Program-made: the position numbers and the translations under genes
Notes under the pieces: generated by a model
Database searches by the model: none
Seen by the model: the letters and a program-made list of their open reading frames with translations, nothing else
What the model was told of the DNA's origin: nothing
Shown here: piece by piece, positions 48,530 through 58,160 of the stretch
How the letters are laid out: each line of letters begins with the position of its first letter
Position numbering within the stretch: the first letter of the stretch is position 1
Source: Eukaryota sp. TZLM1-RC
Taxonomy: Eukaryota; Protista; Metamonada: BaSk clade
Length of the DNA stretch: 64,000 nucleotides
Reading direction: 5' to 3'
Assembly (NCBI GenBank): GCA_040285825.1
Contig: JAUPSS010000004.1
Span: 5,919,784-5,983,783, forward strand

Positions 48530-50040
48530 TATTGCTCAGATGCTTTTCGTTTTTCGGGTGGGTGGCATGGAAATGTTCCAAAAATTACCGATGAATTGAA
48601 TAATCTTTTACTGAAATTGGGCTCTGAACTTGATACAATTTCTTCATTTGAAATGGAGAAACATATTAAGTGTTTTATTTTAAAAATCTGTTATTTAGGT
48701 AAAATTACTCACATTTTAAGAACAACTTCTTCAAACATTTCACGTGAGTTCTGCCGCTTCTTTAACCACCTAAGAACATAATTTTTTGCATCTTTGATTG
48801 ATGTCAATTATGAACTAATTCGAAGTCATGTATTTTCATCATCTAATTGTTGTGGTATAGATTTCACCAAATCGTCTATTCTGTCACGCTGTTTTACTTG
48901 GATATGGAGGGAAAATCTTTGTTTTGGAATTTTGCAACTGGTTTTCCAGATGATGATGATTTATTGAATTCTACAGGTAAACACTATTTAGGTGATCTGG
49001 AAAATGTTCTTCATTTTGTGTATGCTGACATTTGGAGTAAGCCTTCGCCCGATTATGTGCAGGAAATACCACCTAGAACGCCAGTAAATTTGATGTATTG
49101 GGTTTAAAAATTGCAACACAATTTAACAATAATTCTTGAAGGTTTGATTTTCATATTCGTTTTGGTTCGGACAGGATGATAATTCCGCTTTCGCAAAATT
49201 TATGTTGGATGCTCAAAGCACTGCTTCTCCGTGTTTATTTGCTCAAATTCCTCAAATTTATGGTCATCTTCTAGATGGTACCACATTTTCTTGTAAAATG
49301 CGCTTTGCATTTTTTATTTGCCCTGATAACGTTCTTCAAAATTTGATTTGCAAATGTGGGTCAAAAATTTTTCCAAATCATCTGTTTGATTAAATTAATT
49401 TATTAAATTTGCACACTTGATTAAATTAAATCATAACTAATGGGACGACTATCATTAAACCAAGATTTCCTCTACAAAATCTTGATTTGCTTGCTGTCTA
49501 GCTAAAGCTTCTCTAATTCGATTGAAAAACCGCGGTAATCTATTAATAATGGCAAATTGAATCCGTGAACGCCATAAAAAAATATCAAATCTTTTCATTG
49601 TTTTTTCTTTCACCAATTTTTGGAAGTCATCCAAAAAAGTTTCTGCTTCAACTGATAATCTTCCATTTATCGAAAATGGAAAAGCAATAAAAACCAGCTG
49701 TGTATTTCTATCGATATTTGCATCTTCAATTTCTTTATCATATTTTCTATGTTTTTCTTTTGCTTTAAAATCCAGAGCAGCCACAGGATTAAGTTTTCTT
49801 CTGTGAACCAAAGTATCGTTTGCAACATTACATGAGACAAAGTCAACAATAGCTTCAGAATTATCAATCCAATCTGTTTGATTGTAAACACTTTATTATT
49901 TTCCGATCAAAAGTTCATGGTGCAGTTAGTGATCCACTCTATTGTTTGTCAAAATCACACAAAATTGTTTTCTAGTTAGATCCTACTCTATTTTTGTTTG
50001 GTAGATGAAGATACTTTGAATTCCTTTTGCAGGATTACAA
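48530..50040 (+). mobile_element. degenerate RLE retrotransposon (family F), split by a family B insertion
   Basis: KITHILRT, QIPQIYG, CKCG..NHLFD|CKHFIIFRSKVHGAV reads across the insertion. Confidence 0.75.
49392..49871 (-). mobile_element. family B 3' fragment nested in family F
   Basis: Near-identical to other family B 3' ends; 12-bp TSD ATCTGTTTGATT at 49380-49391 and 49872-49883. Confidence 0.9.
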
Positions 50041-50044
50041 AATC

Positions 50045-50126
50045 CGCGAGAAGTGAGATTCGAACTCACGCGGGGAAACCCCACTTGTTTTCTAGACAAG
50101 CGCCTTGACCGCTCGGCCATCCTCGC
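50045..50126 (-). tRNA. tRNA-Ser(AGA)
   Basis: Minus strand: acceptor GCGAGGA/TTCTCGC, anticodon arm CTTGT-CTAGAAA-ACAAG, long variable arm GGGG-TTT-CCCC, GTGAG-TTCGAAT-CTCAC, G discriminator. Confidence 0.95.
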
Positions 50127-50405
50127 ATACACCAATGATGGCAACAATGATTTGGGAGGTGTCACCTTACGATTAGAAACAGGTAAAAATGAATCAGGAA
50201 ACAGGAAATGTAACGTTTTCACAACTAAACAACGTTGCGATCAGACAGTAGACAATGAACCGTGTTTCAACTATTACTCCATTCAGTTGAGTCAAGTTTT
50301 GTTATCCTTGTTGTTACGCCAGTATCTTAATAAATTTATAGAAAAACCGACAAATCAAACATAAAATACAATGTACAAAAAACACAAAAACGACAAAAAA
50401 AAGGC

Positions 50406-53400
50406 TCACAATGCAAATATTCTAAACGCCTCATCATCCAAGAAATCTTCAAATAAGCCTTCAGAAATTTTGTTAATGGTTTCCTCAGCGACTGAAGCCA
50501 TTTCATTTTGAAAAGCCAAAGAAACAAAGTGTTGAGAAACAAGAACGGGATCGCCGCACGAAGCAACCAAATTTTCAATAAATGCATCTGTTTCGACTGT
50601 TGGTTTACAATTGGGATCCAGTCGACCTCTTAGAGAAGATCCTTGTAATATTCCCATTATTGAAGCCGAATGTGGTGATTTTGAAGTAAACAAATCATGT
50701 GTTGGCTGACTTTGTTTTAGCACTTCAGTAATTGTGGTATCAATGAGAGAAGAAAAGATGTCGTCAGCTGCTTCTTCAAGAAGGGAAACGTCCATTTCAT
50801 CTGGGTATAATTCAGAAATTTCAGAGTAATCATGTTGACCTTGATCACGTGATTGGGGGTCATCAATGGCAACACCTTCCTTTTCAAGCGTTACAGATTG
50901 AACAGCAATGGTGTCTGGCTCTTCAAAATTAGAAATACTTTCAAAAATTTCAGAGTAATCATGTTGACCTTGATCACGTGATTGGGGGTCATCAATGGCA
51001 ACACCTTCCTTTTCCAGCGTTTGTGATTGAACAGCAATGGTGTCTGGCTCTTCAGAATTAGGAATATGTTCAGAAACTGAAATATTTTCAGAAATTTCAG
51101 AGTGTTCATGTTGACCTTGATCAGGTGATTGGGGGTCATCAATGACAACAACTTCCTTTTCAAGCGTTTCTGATTGAACAGCAATGGTGTCTGGCTCTTC
51201 AGAATTAGGAATATGTTCAGAAACTGAAATATTTTCAGAAATTTCAGAGTAATCATGTTGACCTTGATCACATGATTGGGGGTCATCAATGGCAACACCT
51301 TCCTTTTCAAGCGTTTCTGATTGAACAGCAATGGTGTCTGGCTCTTCAGAATTAGAAATATCTTGAGAAACTGAAATATGTTCAGAGATTTCAGAGTAAT
51401 CATGTTGACCTCGATCAGGTGATTGGGGGTCATCAATGGCAACACCTTCCTTTTCAAGCGTTTCTGATTGAACAGCAATGGTGTCTGGCTCTTCAGAATT
51501 AGGACTATGTTCAGAAACTGAAATATTTTCAGAAATTTCAGAGTAATCATGTTGACCTTGATCACGTGATTGGGGGTCATCAATGGCAACACCTTCCTTT
51601 TCAAGCGTTTCTGATTGAACAGCAATGGTGTCTGGCTCTTCAGAATTAGGACTATGTTCAGAAACTGAAATATTTTCAGAAATTTCAGAGTAATCATGTT
51701 GACCTTGATCACGTGATTGGGGGTCATCAATGGCAAGACCTTCCTTTGCCAGCGTTTGTGATTGAACAGCAATGGTGTCTGGCTCTTCAGAATTAGAAAT
51801 ATCTTGAGAAACTGAAATATTTTCAGAAATTTCAGAGTAATCATGTTGACCTTGATCACGTGATTGGGGGTCATCAATGGCAACACCTTCCTTTTCAAGC
51901 GTTTCTGATTGAACAGCAATGGTGTCTGGCTCTTCAGAATTAGGACTATGTTCAGAAACTGAAATATTTTCAGAAATTTCAGAGTAATCATGTTGACCTT
52001 GATCACGTGATTGGGGGTCATCAATGGCAACACCTTCCTTTTCAAGCGTTTCTGATTGAACAGCAATGGTGTCTGGCTCTTCAGAATTAGGACTATGTTC
52101 AGAAACTGAAATATTTTCAGAAATTTCTGAGTAATCATGTTGACCTTGATCACGTGATTGGGGGTCATCAATGGCAACACCTTCCTTTTCCAGCGTTTGT
52201 GATTGAACAGCAATGGTGTCTGGCTCTTCAGAATTAGAAATATCTTGAGAAACTGAAATATTTTCAGAAATTTCAGAGTAATCATGTTGACCTTGATCAC
52301 GTGATTGGGGGTCATCAATGGCAACACCTTCCTTTTCCAGCGTTTGTGATTGAACAGCAATGGTGTCTGGCTCTTCAGAATTAGGAATATGTTCAGAAAC
52401 TGAAATATTTTCAGAAATTTCAGAGTAATCATGTTGACCTTGATCACGTGATTGGGGGTCATCAATGGCAACACCTTCCTTTTCAAGCGTTTCTGATTGA
52501 ACAGCAATGGTTTCTAGCTCTTCAGAATTAGAAATATCTTGAGAAACTGAAATATGTTCAGAAATTTCAGAGTAATCATGTTGACCTTGATCACGTGATT
52601 GAGGGTCATCAATGGCAACACCTTCCTTTTCAAGCGTTTCTGATTGAACAGCAATGGTTTCTAGCTCTTCAGAATTAGAAATATCTTGAGAAACTGAAAT
52701 ATGTTCAGAAATTTCAGAGTAATCATGTTGACCTTGATCACGTGATTGGGGGTAATCAATGGCAACACCTTCCTTTTCAAGCGTTTCTGATTGAACAGCA
52801 ATGGTTTCTAGCTCTTCAGAATTAGACATATCTTGAGAAACTGAAATATGTTCAGAAATTTCAGAGTAATCATGATGACCTTGATCACGTGATTGAGGGT
52901 CATCAATGGCAACACCTTCCTTTTCAAGCGTTTCTGATTGAACAGCAATGGTGTCTAGCTCTTCAGAATTAGAAATATCTTGAGAAACTGAAATATGTTC
53001 AGAAATTTCAGAGTAATCATGTTGACCTTGATCACGTGATTGGGGGTCATCAATTGCAACACCTTGAGTTTCAAGCGTTTCTGATTGAACAGCAATGGTG
53101 TCTAGCTCTTCAGAATTAGAAATATGTTCAGAAACTGAAATATTTTCAGAAATTTCAGAGTAATAATGTTGAGCTTGATCACGTGATTGGGGGTCATCAA
53201 TTGCAACACCTTCCTTTTCAAGCGTTTCTGATTGAACAGCAATGGTGTCTAGCTCCTCAGAATCAGAAATATGTTCAGAAACTGAAATATGTTCAGAAAT
53301 TTCAGAGTAATCATGTTGGCCTTGATCACGTGATTGGGGGTCATCAATGACAACACCTTCCTTTTCAAGCGTTTCTGATTGAACAGCAATGGCGTCTGGC

Positions 53401-56400
53401 TCTTCAGAATTAGAAATATGTTCAGAAACTGAAATATGTTCAGAAATTTCAGAGTAATCATGTTGACCTTGATCACGTGATTGGGGGTCATCAATTGCAA
53501 CACCTTCCTTTTCAAGCGTTTCTGATTGAACAGCAATGGTTTCTAGCTCTTCAGAATTAGAAATATCTTGAGAAACTGAAATATTTTCAGAAATTTCAGA
53601 GTAATCATGTTGACCTTGATCACGTGATTGGGGGTCATCAATGGCAACACCTTCCTTTTCAAGCGTTTCTGATTGAACAGCAATGGTGTCTGGCTCTTCA
53701 GAATTAGGACTATGTTCAGAAACTGAAATATTTTCAGAAATTTCAGAGTAATCATGTTGACCTTGATCACGTGATTGGGGGTCATCAATGGCAACACCTT
53801 CCTTTTCAAGCGTTTCTGATTGAACAGCAATGGTTTCTAGCTCTTCAGAATTAGAAATATCTTGAGAAACTGAAATATGTTCAGAAATTTCAGAGTAATC
53901 ATGTTGACCTTGATCACGTGATTGGGGGTAATCAATGGCAACACCTTCCTTTTCAAGCGTTTCTGATTGAACAGCAATGGTTTCTAGCTCTTCAGAATTA
54001 GACATATCTTGAGAAACTGAAATATGTTCAGAAATTTCAGAGTAATCATGTTGACCTTGATCACGTGATTGGGGGTAATCAATGGCAACACCTTCCTTTT
54101 CAAGCGTTTCTGATTGAACAGCAATGGTTTCTAGCTCTTCAGAATTAGACATATCTTGAGAAACTGAAATATGTTCAGAAATTTCAGAGTAATCATGATG
54201 ACCTTGATCACGTGATTGAGGGTCATCAATGGCAACACCTTCCTTTTCAAGCGTTTCTGATTGAACAGCAATGGTGTCTAGCTCTTCAGAATTAGAAATA
54301 TCTTGAGAAACTGAAATATGTTCAGAAATTTCAGAGTAATCATGTTGACCTTGATCACGTGATTGGGGGTCATCAATTGCAACACCTTGAGTTTCAAGCG
54401 TTTCTGATTGAACAGCAATGGTGTCTAGCTCTTCAGAATTAGAAATATGTTCAGAAACTGAAATATTTTCAGAAATTTCAGAGTAATAATGTTGAGCTTG
54501 ATCACGTGATTGGGGGTCATCAATTGCAACACCTTCCTTTTCAAGCGTTTCTGATTGAACAGCAATGGTGTCTAGCTCCTCAGAATCAGAAATATGTTCA
54601 GAAACTGAAATATGTTCAGAAATTTCAGAGTAATCATGTTGGCCTTGATCACGTGATTGGGGGTCATCAATGACAACACCTTCCTTTTCAAGCGTTTCTG
54701 ATTGAACAGCAATGGCGTCTGGCTCTTCAGAATTAGAAATATGTTCAGAAACTGAAATATGTTCAGAAATTTCAGAGTAATCATGTTGACCTTGATCACG
54801 TGATTGGGGGTCATCAATTGCAACACCTTCCTTTTCAAGCGTTTCTGATTGAACAGCAATGGTTTCTAGCTCTTCAGAATTAGAAATATCTTGAGAAACT
54901 GAAATATTTTCAGAAATTTCAGAGTAATAATGTTGACCTTGATCACGTGATTGGGGGTCATCAATGGCAACACCTTCCTTTTCAAGCGTTTCTGATTGAA
55001 CAGCAATGGTGTCTGGCTCTTCAGAATTAGAAATATCTTGAGAAACTGAGATATTTTCAGAAATTTCAGAGTAATAATGTTGACCTTGATCACGTGATTG
55101 GGGGTCATCAATTGCAACACCTTGAGTTTCAAGCGTTTCTGATTGAACAGCATTGGTGTCTGGCTCTTCAGAATTAGAAATATCTTGAGAAACTGAAATA
55201 TGTTCAGAAATTTCAGAGTAATCATGTTGACCTTGATCACGTGATTGGGGGTCATCAATTGCAACACCTTCCTTTTCCAGCTTACGAGACCTAGCAAGAC
55301 TTCCCTTGAATTCAACAGAACTGCCAATTTCAACACTTGAACGTGGAGAACTTTTGAATAAAGAACCAGTAAACTTATTTTTAATTGCTCGAACAGTGGA
55401 ATCAATATCATTAATAGCTTGCCTCGCCAATGCAGTCCTTTGCAAATAAGCATAATCAGAATAATCAGTGAAACTAGGTACCTTAGGCTTAGGGTTAGGC
55501 TTAGGGTTAGGTTGACGGCTTTGGGTTTCTTTCGGAGCTTGTAGTTCTAATCTGGAAGCTTCTGGTGATTCTTCTTTTTCTATTTCTTTTTCTTCTCTTT
55601 TCTCTTCCTTTTCTTCCATTAATGATGTTTGTAGCAAAGCATCAAAAGTTAAAGGTGTATGACGCTTTGGATTTAATTCTGATGGTTCACCAACTCGATC
55701 CTGGGTAGCTCGCTGTGATTGACAAGTGTCAGGGACGTGGCCTTGACTAGAAGAGCTCACCAAAGGCTCAGAAACACGTGGCACAGAGACATGAGGGTTG
55801 ACTTGCTGTACTTCAGCTAGTATCTGAGCATTTCGAACACACTCGAATAAATCATTTGGAACTTCAAATTCTGTCAAAGTATCTAAAGCCAATTTACCTC
55901 TATTATTTAACTGAGAAGCAGAGAAAAATAAATCCTCAGATTTGGATTGAGATTGATTTGATTGACTAATTGAGTGAGACTGGGTTGATGAAGTAGTATT
56001 TGGTGTATAACTAGAACTGATTGTGGATTCTAGTAATGAATTGGATTGAGAATAAGGTTGTGGATCTTGGACTTCAAGGGATTCATCGAGGAGAACTGGT
56101 TGAGGAACATCGACAATTTTCGTTTTTGACTGCTTTTTTGTGATTTTTGGCTTGCTTGATTGGTTACTAATACTTGAGTCACGTGATTTTGACTGCTTCG
56201 TTACATTTTTGACCCTCTTTTTCTTTGCAGTTTCCTTAAACCTAAAAGGATCTGTATGAGTTTTCAATTTAGATTTTCTTTTCTTTTTGATCCTCGGTTT
56301 TGATGATGACGTCATCAATTTGACTGGTTCAGGTTCGTGGGATTGGCTGATTTCAACAGGTTCATGAATGAATGACATAAAATTTCCATTATCCACACTA

Positions 56401-57794
56401 GACAAAAGGGAAACTATATCAGAAACATCATCAATGACGTCATCAATTGGCTTTGATTGACTCGTGATTGAAAGTTCTTGACTGGTTTCCTTTTTTGAAC
56501 TAGTATGTTCATCAGAAACAGCTTCTAATGACCTCCTTCTACTTGGACTCTCACAATGGTTATCTGTCTGATTGGCAGTTTGATATATACAATCCTTCCC
56601 TAAATCATCGACACCTTGATCAATAGTTTGATTGGTTGATTGTGAGTAATCAATCACGTGATCTGACACATCATCAAGTTCAAATGGAGATGTACACGTG
56701 TCGACTAGTTCGCAGGCTTGAGTTCCAATCTCCATTCCACCAAGTACTTCGCTTTCAAAAACAGGTGAACATCCCCTATCAATAACCTCCGTAGCTTGGA
56801 TAGCTTGTTCAGACTTTGTAACCAAACAAACAGGTTGAGAAGAAATAGGTGAAGGAGGGAGTGGTGATGGGAGGTCAGAATTAGTGGAAATAGATTGACT
56901 AATTGAATGATTTGTTGAAGGAATGGGTTCTCGTGGTTCCATGTTCTCATAGGTGGTATCGAGACTGACTTTGTTTGACTTTCTTGGACTTTTCTTGACC
57001 AATGATGTTTTTGAGCTATCATTTTGACCTTTAGCGTGGATCATTGCCTTCATAGCTGGTTTTGATTTTGACCCCCTGCTTTGACCTCCATCAACAGCAC
57101 TTACCTTGACTTGACTCATTTTTGACTCCCTATTTTGACCTTCATTAACAGGACTTTCCTTGACCGCTTTCCTTTCTTCCTCCAACTCAAACAACAGATG
57201 TTCCCTTAACCAATCTCTTGGACCACTTTGTTTCTTCTCCTTATCAATACGAGCTGCCCTCAGCTTTGAAGTTTCATCCTTAATGTCTCTTAATAACTGC
57301 CGACGTGCTCTATTTTGTGCTAATTCCTCTGGACTCATCACGTGATCTGAAACGTCATCAATAGCAATCAGTTGCCGGTCTCTTTCTACCTGTGATTTGA
57401 TATGATACGTGGCCAACTTTGCTTTCTCTTGTTTAAGCTCTTCTACCGCTTTTCTCTCTGTTTTCACCCTTCTTTCTTCTTCCAATCTTCTTCTAGCACG
57501 CTCACGTTGTCTTGACCATTGTTGACGATTAAACTCTTCTATGGGTTTTATTCGTTCTTTAAATCGTTCTATTTTAGCTTGTGGGGGGCTTGGTTTTGGC
57601 AACGGTGACACACCACGTTCCAGTCGTCGACGGACAGCTTCATGAGCAGCTTGTCTGCGTTTCATACGTTCCTGTTCTGCTTCTTCTATTTCTTTACGCT
57701 GTTGTTCTGCACGACGCTTTTTACGGAGGGCTTCAAGTTTCAATTTACGTTCAATTTCTCGTCGGACCTTGTCACCAGGTCTATTGGAGGACAT
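50406..57794 (-). CDS. 2462-aa protein: charged coiled-coil N-terminus, Ser-rich linker, ~30 acidic 49-aa repeats, short helical C-terminus
   Basis: Uninterrupted 7.4-kb ORF; function unknown. Confidence 0.85.
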   Translation of the reverse strand: MSSNRPGDKVRREIERKLKLEALRKKRRAEQQRKEIEEAEQERMKRRQAAHEAVRRRLERGVSPLPKPSPPQAKIERFKERIKPIEEFNRQQWSRQRERARRRLEEERRVKTERKAVEELKQEKAKLATYHIKSQVERDRQLIAIDDVSDHVMSPEELAQNRARRQLLRDIKDETSKLRAARIDKEKKQSGPRDWLREHLLFELEEERKAVKESPVNEGQNRESKMSQVKVSAVDGGQSRGSKSKPAMKAMIHAKGQNDSSKTSLVKKSPRKSNKVSLDTTYENMEPREPIPSTNHSISQSISTNSDLPSPLPPSPISSQPVCLVTKSEQAIQATEVIDRGCSPVFESEVLGGMEIGTQACELVDTCTSPFELDDVSDHVIDYSQSTNQTIDQGVDDLGKDCIYQTANQTDNHCESPSRRRSLEAVSDEHTSSKKETSQELSITSQSKPIDDVIDDVSDIVSLLSSVDNGNFMSFIHEPVEISQSHEPEPVKLMTSSSKPRIKKKRKSKLKTHTDPFRFKETAKKKRVKNVTKQSKSRDSSISNQSSKPKITKKQSKTKIVDVPQPVLLDESLEVQDPQPYSQSNSLLESTISSSYTPNTTSSTQSHSISQSNQSQSKSEDLFFSASQLNNRGKLALDTLTEFEVPNDLFECVRNAQILAEVQQVNPHVSVPRVSEPLVSSSSQGHVPDTCQSQRATQDRVGEPSELNPKRHTPLTFDALLQTSLMEEKEEKREEKEIEKEESPEASRLELQAPKETQSRQPNPKPNPKPKVPSFTDYSDYAYLQRTALARQAINDIDSTVRAIKNKFTGSLFKSSPRSSVEIGSSVEFKGSLARSRKLEKEGVAIDDPQSRDQGQHDYSEISEHISVSQDISNSEEPDTNAVQSETLETQGVAIDDPQSRDQGQHYYSEISENISVSQDISNSEEPDTIAVQSETLEKEGVAIDDPQSRDQGQHYYSEISENISVSQDISNSEELETIAVQSETLEKEGVAIDDPQSRDQGQHDYSEISEHISVSEHISNSEEPDAIAVQSETLEKEGVVIDDPQSRDQGQHDYSEISEHISVSEHISDSEELDTIAVQSETLEKEGVAIDDPQSRDQAQHYYSEISENISVSEHISNSEELDTIAVQSETLETQGVAIDDPQSRDQGQHDYSEISEHISVSQDISNSEELDTIAVQSETLEKEGVAIDDPQSRDQGHHDYSEISEHISVSQDMSNSEELETIAVQSETLEKEGVAIDYPQSRDQGQHDYSEISEHISVSQDMSNSEELETIAVQSETLEKEGVAIDYPQSRDQGQHDYSEISEHISVSQDISNSEELETIAVQSETLEKEGVAIDDPQSRDQGQHDYSEISENISVSEHSPNSEEPDTIAVQSETLEKEGVAIDDPQSRDQGQHDYSEISENISVSQDISNSEELETIAVQSETLEKEGVAIDDPQSRDQGQHDYSEISEHISVSEHISNSEEPDAIAVQSETLEKEGVVIDDPQSRDQGQHDYSEISEHISVSEHISDSEELDTIAVQSETLEKEGVAIDDPQSRDQAQHYYSEISENISVSEHISNSEELDTIAVQSETLETQGVAIDDPQSRDQGQHDYSEISEHISVSQDISNSEELDTIAVQSETLEKEGVAIDDPQSRDQGHHDYSEISEHISVSQDMSNSEELETIAVQSETLEKEGVAIDYPQSRDQGQHDYSEISEHISVSQDISNSEELETIAVQSETLEKEGVAIDDPQSRDQGQHDYSEISEHISVSQDISNSEELETIAVQSETLEKEGVAIDDPQSRDQGQHDYSEISENISVSEHIPNSEEPDTIAVQSQTLEKEGVAIDDPQSRDQGQHDYSEISENISVSQDISNSEEPDTIAVQSQTLEKEGVAIDDPQSRDQGQHDYSEISENISVSEHSPNSEEPDTIAVQSETLEKEGVAIDDPQSRDQGQHDYSEISENISVSEHSPNSEEPDTIAVQSETLEKEGVAIDDPQSRDQGQHDYSEISENISVSQDISNSEEPDTIAVQSQTLAKEGLAIDDPQSRDQGQHDYSEISENISVSEHSPNSEEPDTIAVQSETLEKEGVAIDDPQSRDQGQHDYSEISENISVSEHSPNSEEPDTIAVQSETLEKEGVAIDDPQSPDRGQHDYSEISEHISVSQDISNSEEPDTIAVQSETLEKEGVAIDDPQSCDQGQHDYSEISENISVSEHIPNSEEPDTIAVQSETLEKEVVVIDDPQSPDQGQHEHSEISENISVSEHIPNSEEPDTIAVQSQTLEKEGVAIDDPQSRDQGQHDYSEIFESISNFEEPDTIAVQSVTLEKEGVAIDDPQSRDQGQHDYSEISELYPDEMDVSLLEEAADDIFSSLIDTTITEVLKQSQPTHDLFTSKSPHSASIMGILQGSSLRGRLDPNCKPTVETDAFIENLVASCGDPVLVSQHFVSLAFQNEMASVAEETINKISEGLFEDFLDDEAFRIFAL
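50815..55280 (-). repeat. 147-bp coding tandem repeat (~30 units)
   Basis: Unit approx EKEGVAIDDPQSRDQGQHDYSEISENISVSQDISNSEEPDTIAVQSETL; variant blocks recur at a 1323-bp (9-unit) offset. Confidence 0.97.
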
Positions 57795-57879
57795 GTGAAG
57801 TTAAGTTAAGAGAATGCGTGGATGTGGGATGTATATGACTGAAAGTATATGATGGAAGTATTTGAAAAGCAGAATATTT

Positions 57880-58160
57880 ACTTTGTACTGTGAATTTCAC
57901 TTATCATGCATTCCCCTGTGAAATTCACTCCTGTTTTCAACTTTCTCAATGTCTACTCACAGGCTGTAAGAGACATGTAGCATCATTTGACAAAGACAAT
58001 CATGATCTTCATCAATGGGCTACCTCACTTAAATACACCTACTGCATTCACAGAACAAAGCCTCGCGACTTGATGTATCTAAGTGGATCTACCAAATGCT
58101 ACTAAGGTATTTGTAGATCGGTCTCAAAAGTTTTTGTTTCTGTATGCTCACGTTCCCTAT
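57880..58160 (-). ncRNA. candidate Fanzor omegaRNA scaffold
   Basis: Directly 3' of the Fanzor ORF; stem-loops at 58086-58119, 57949-57976 and 57890-57928; boundaries inferred. Confidence 0.4.

Noticed and set aside
50891-55453. Long alternative-frame ORFs (538, 195, 95 aa)
   Set aside because: Shadow frames of the 147-bp repeat inside the 2462-aa ORF
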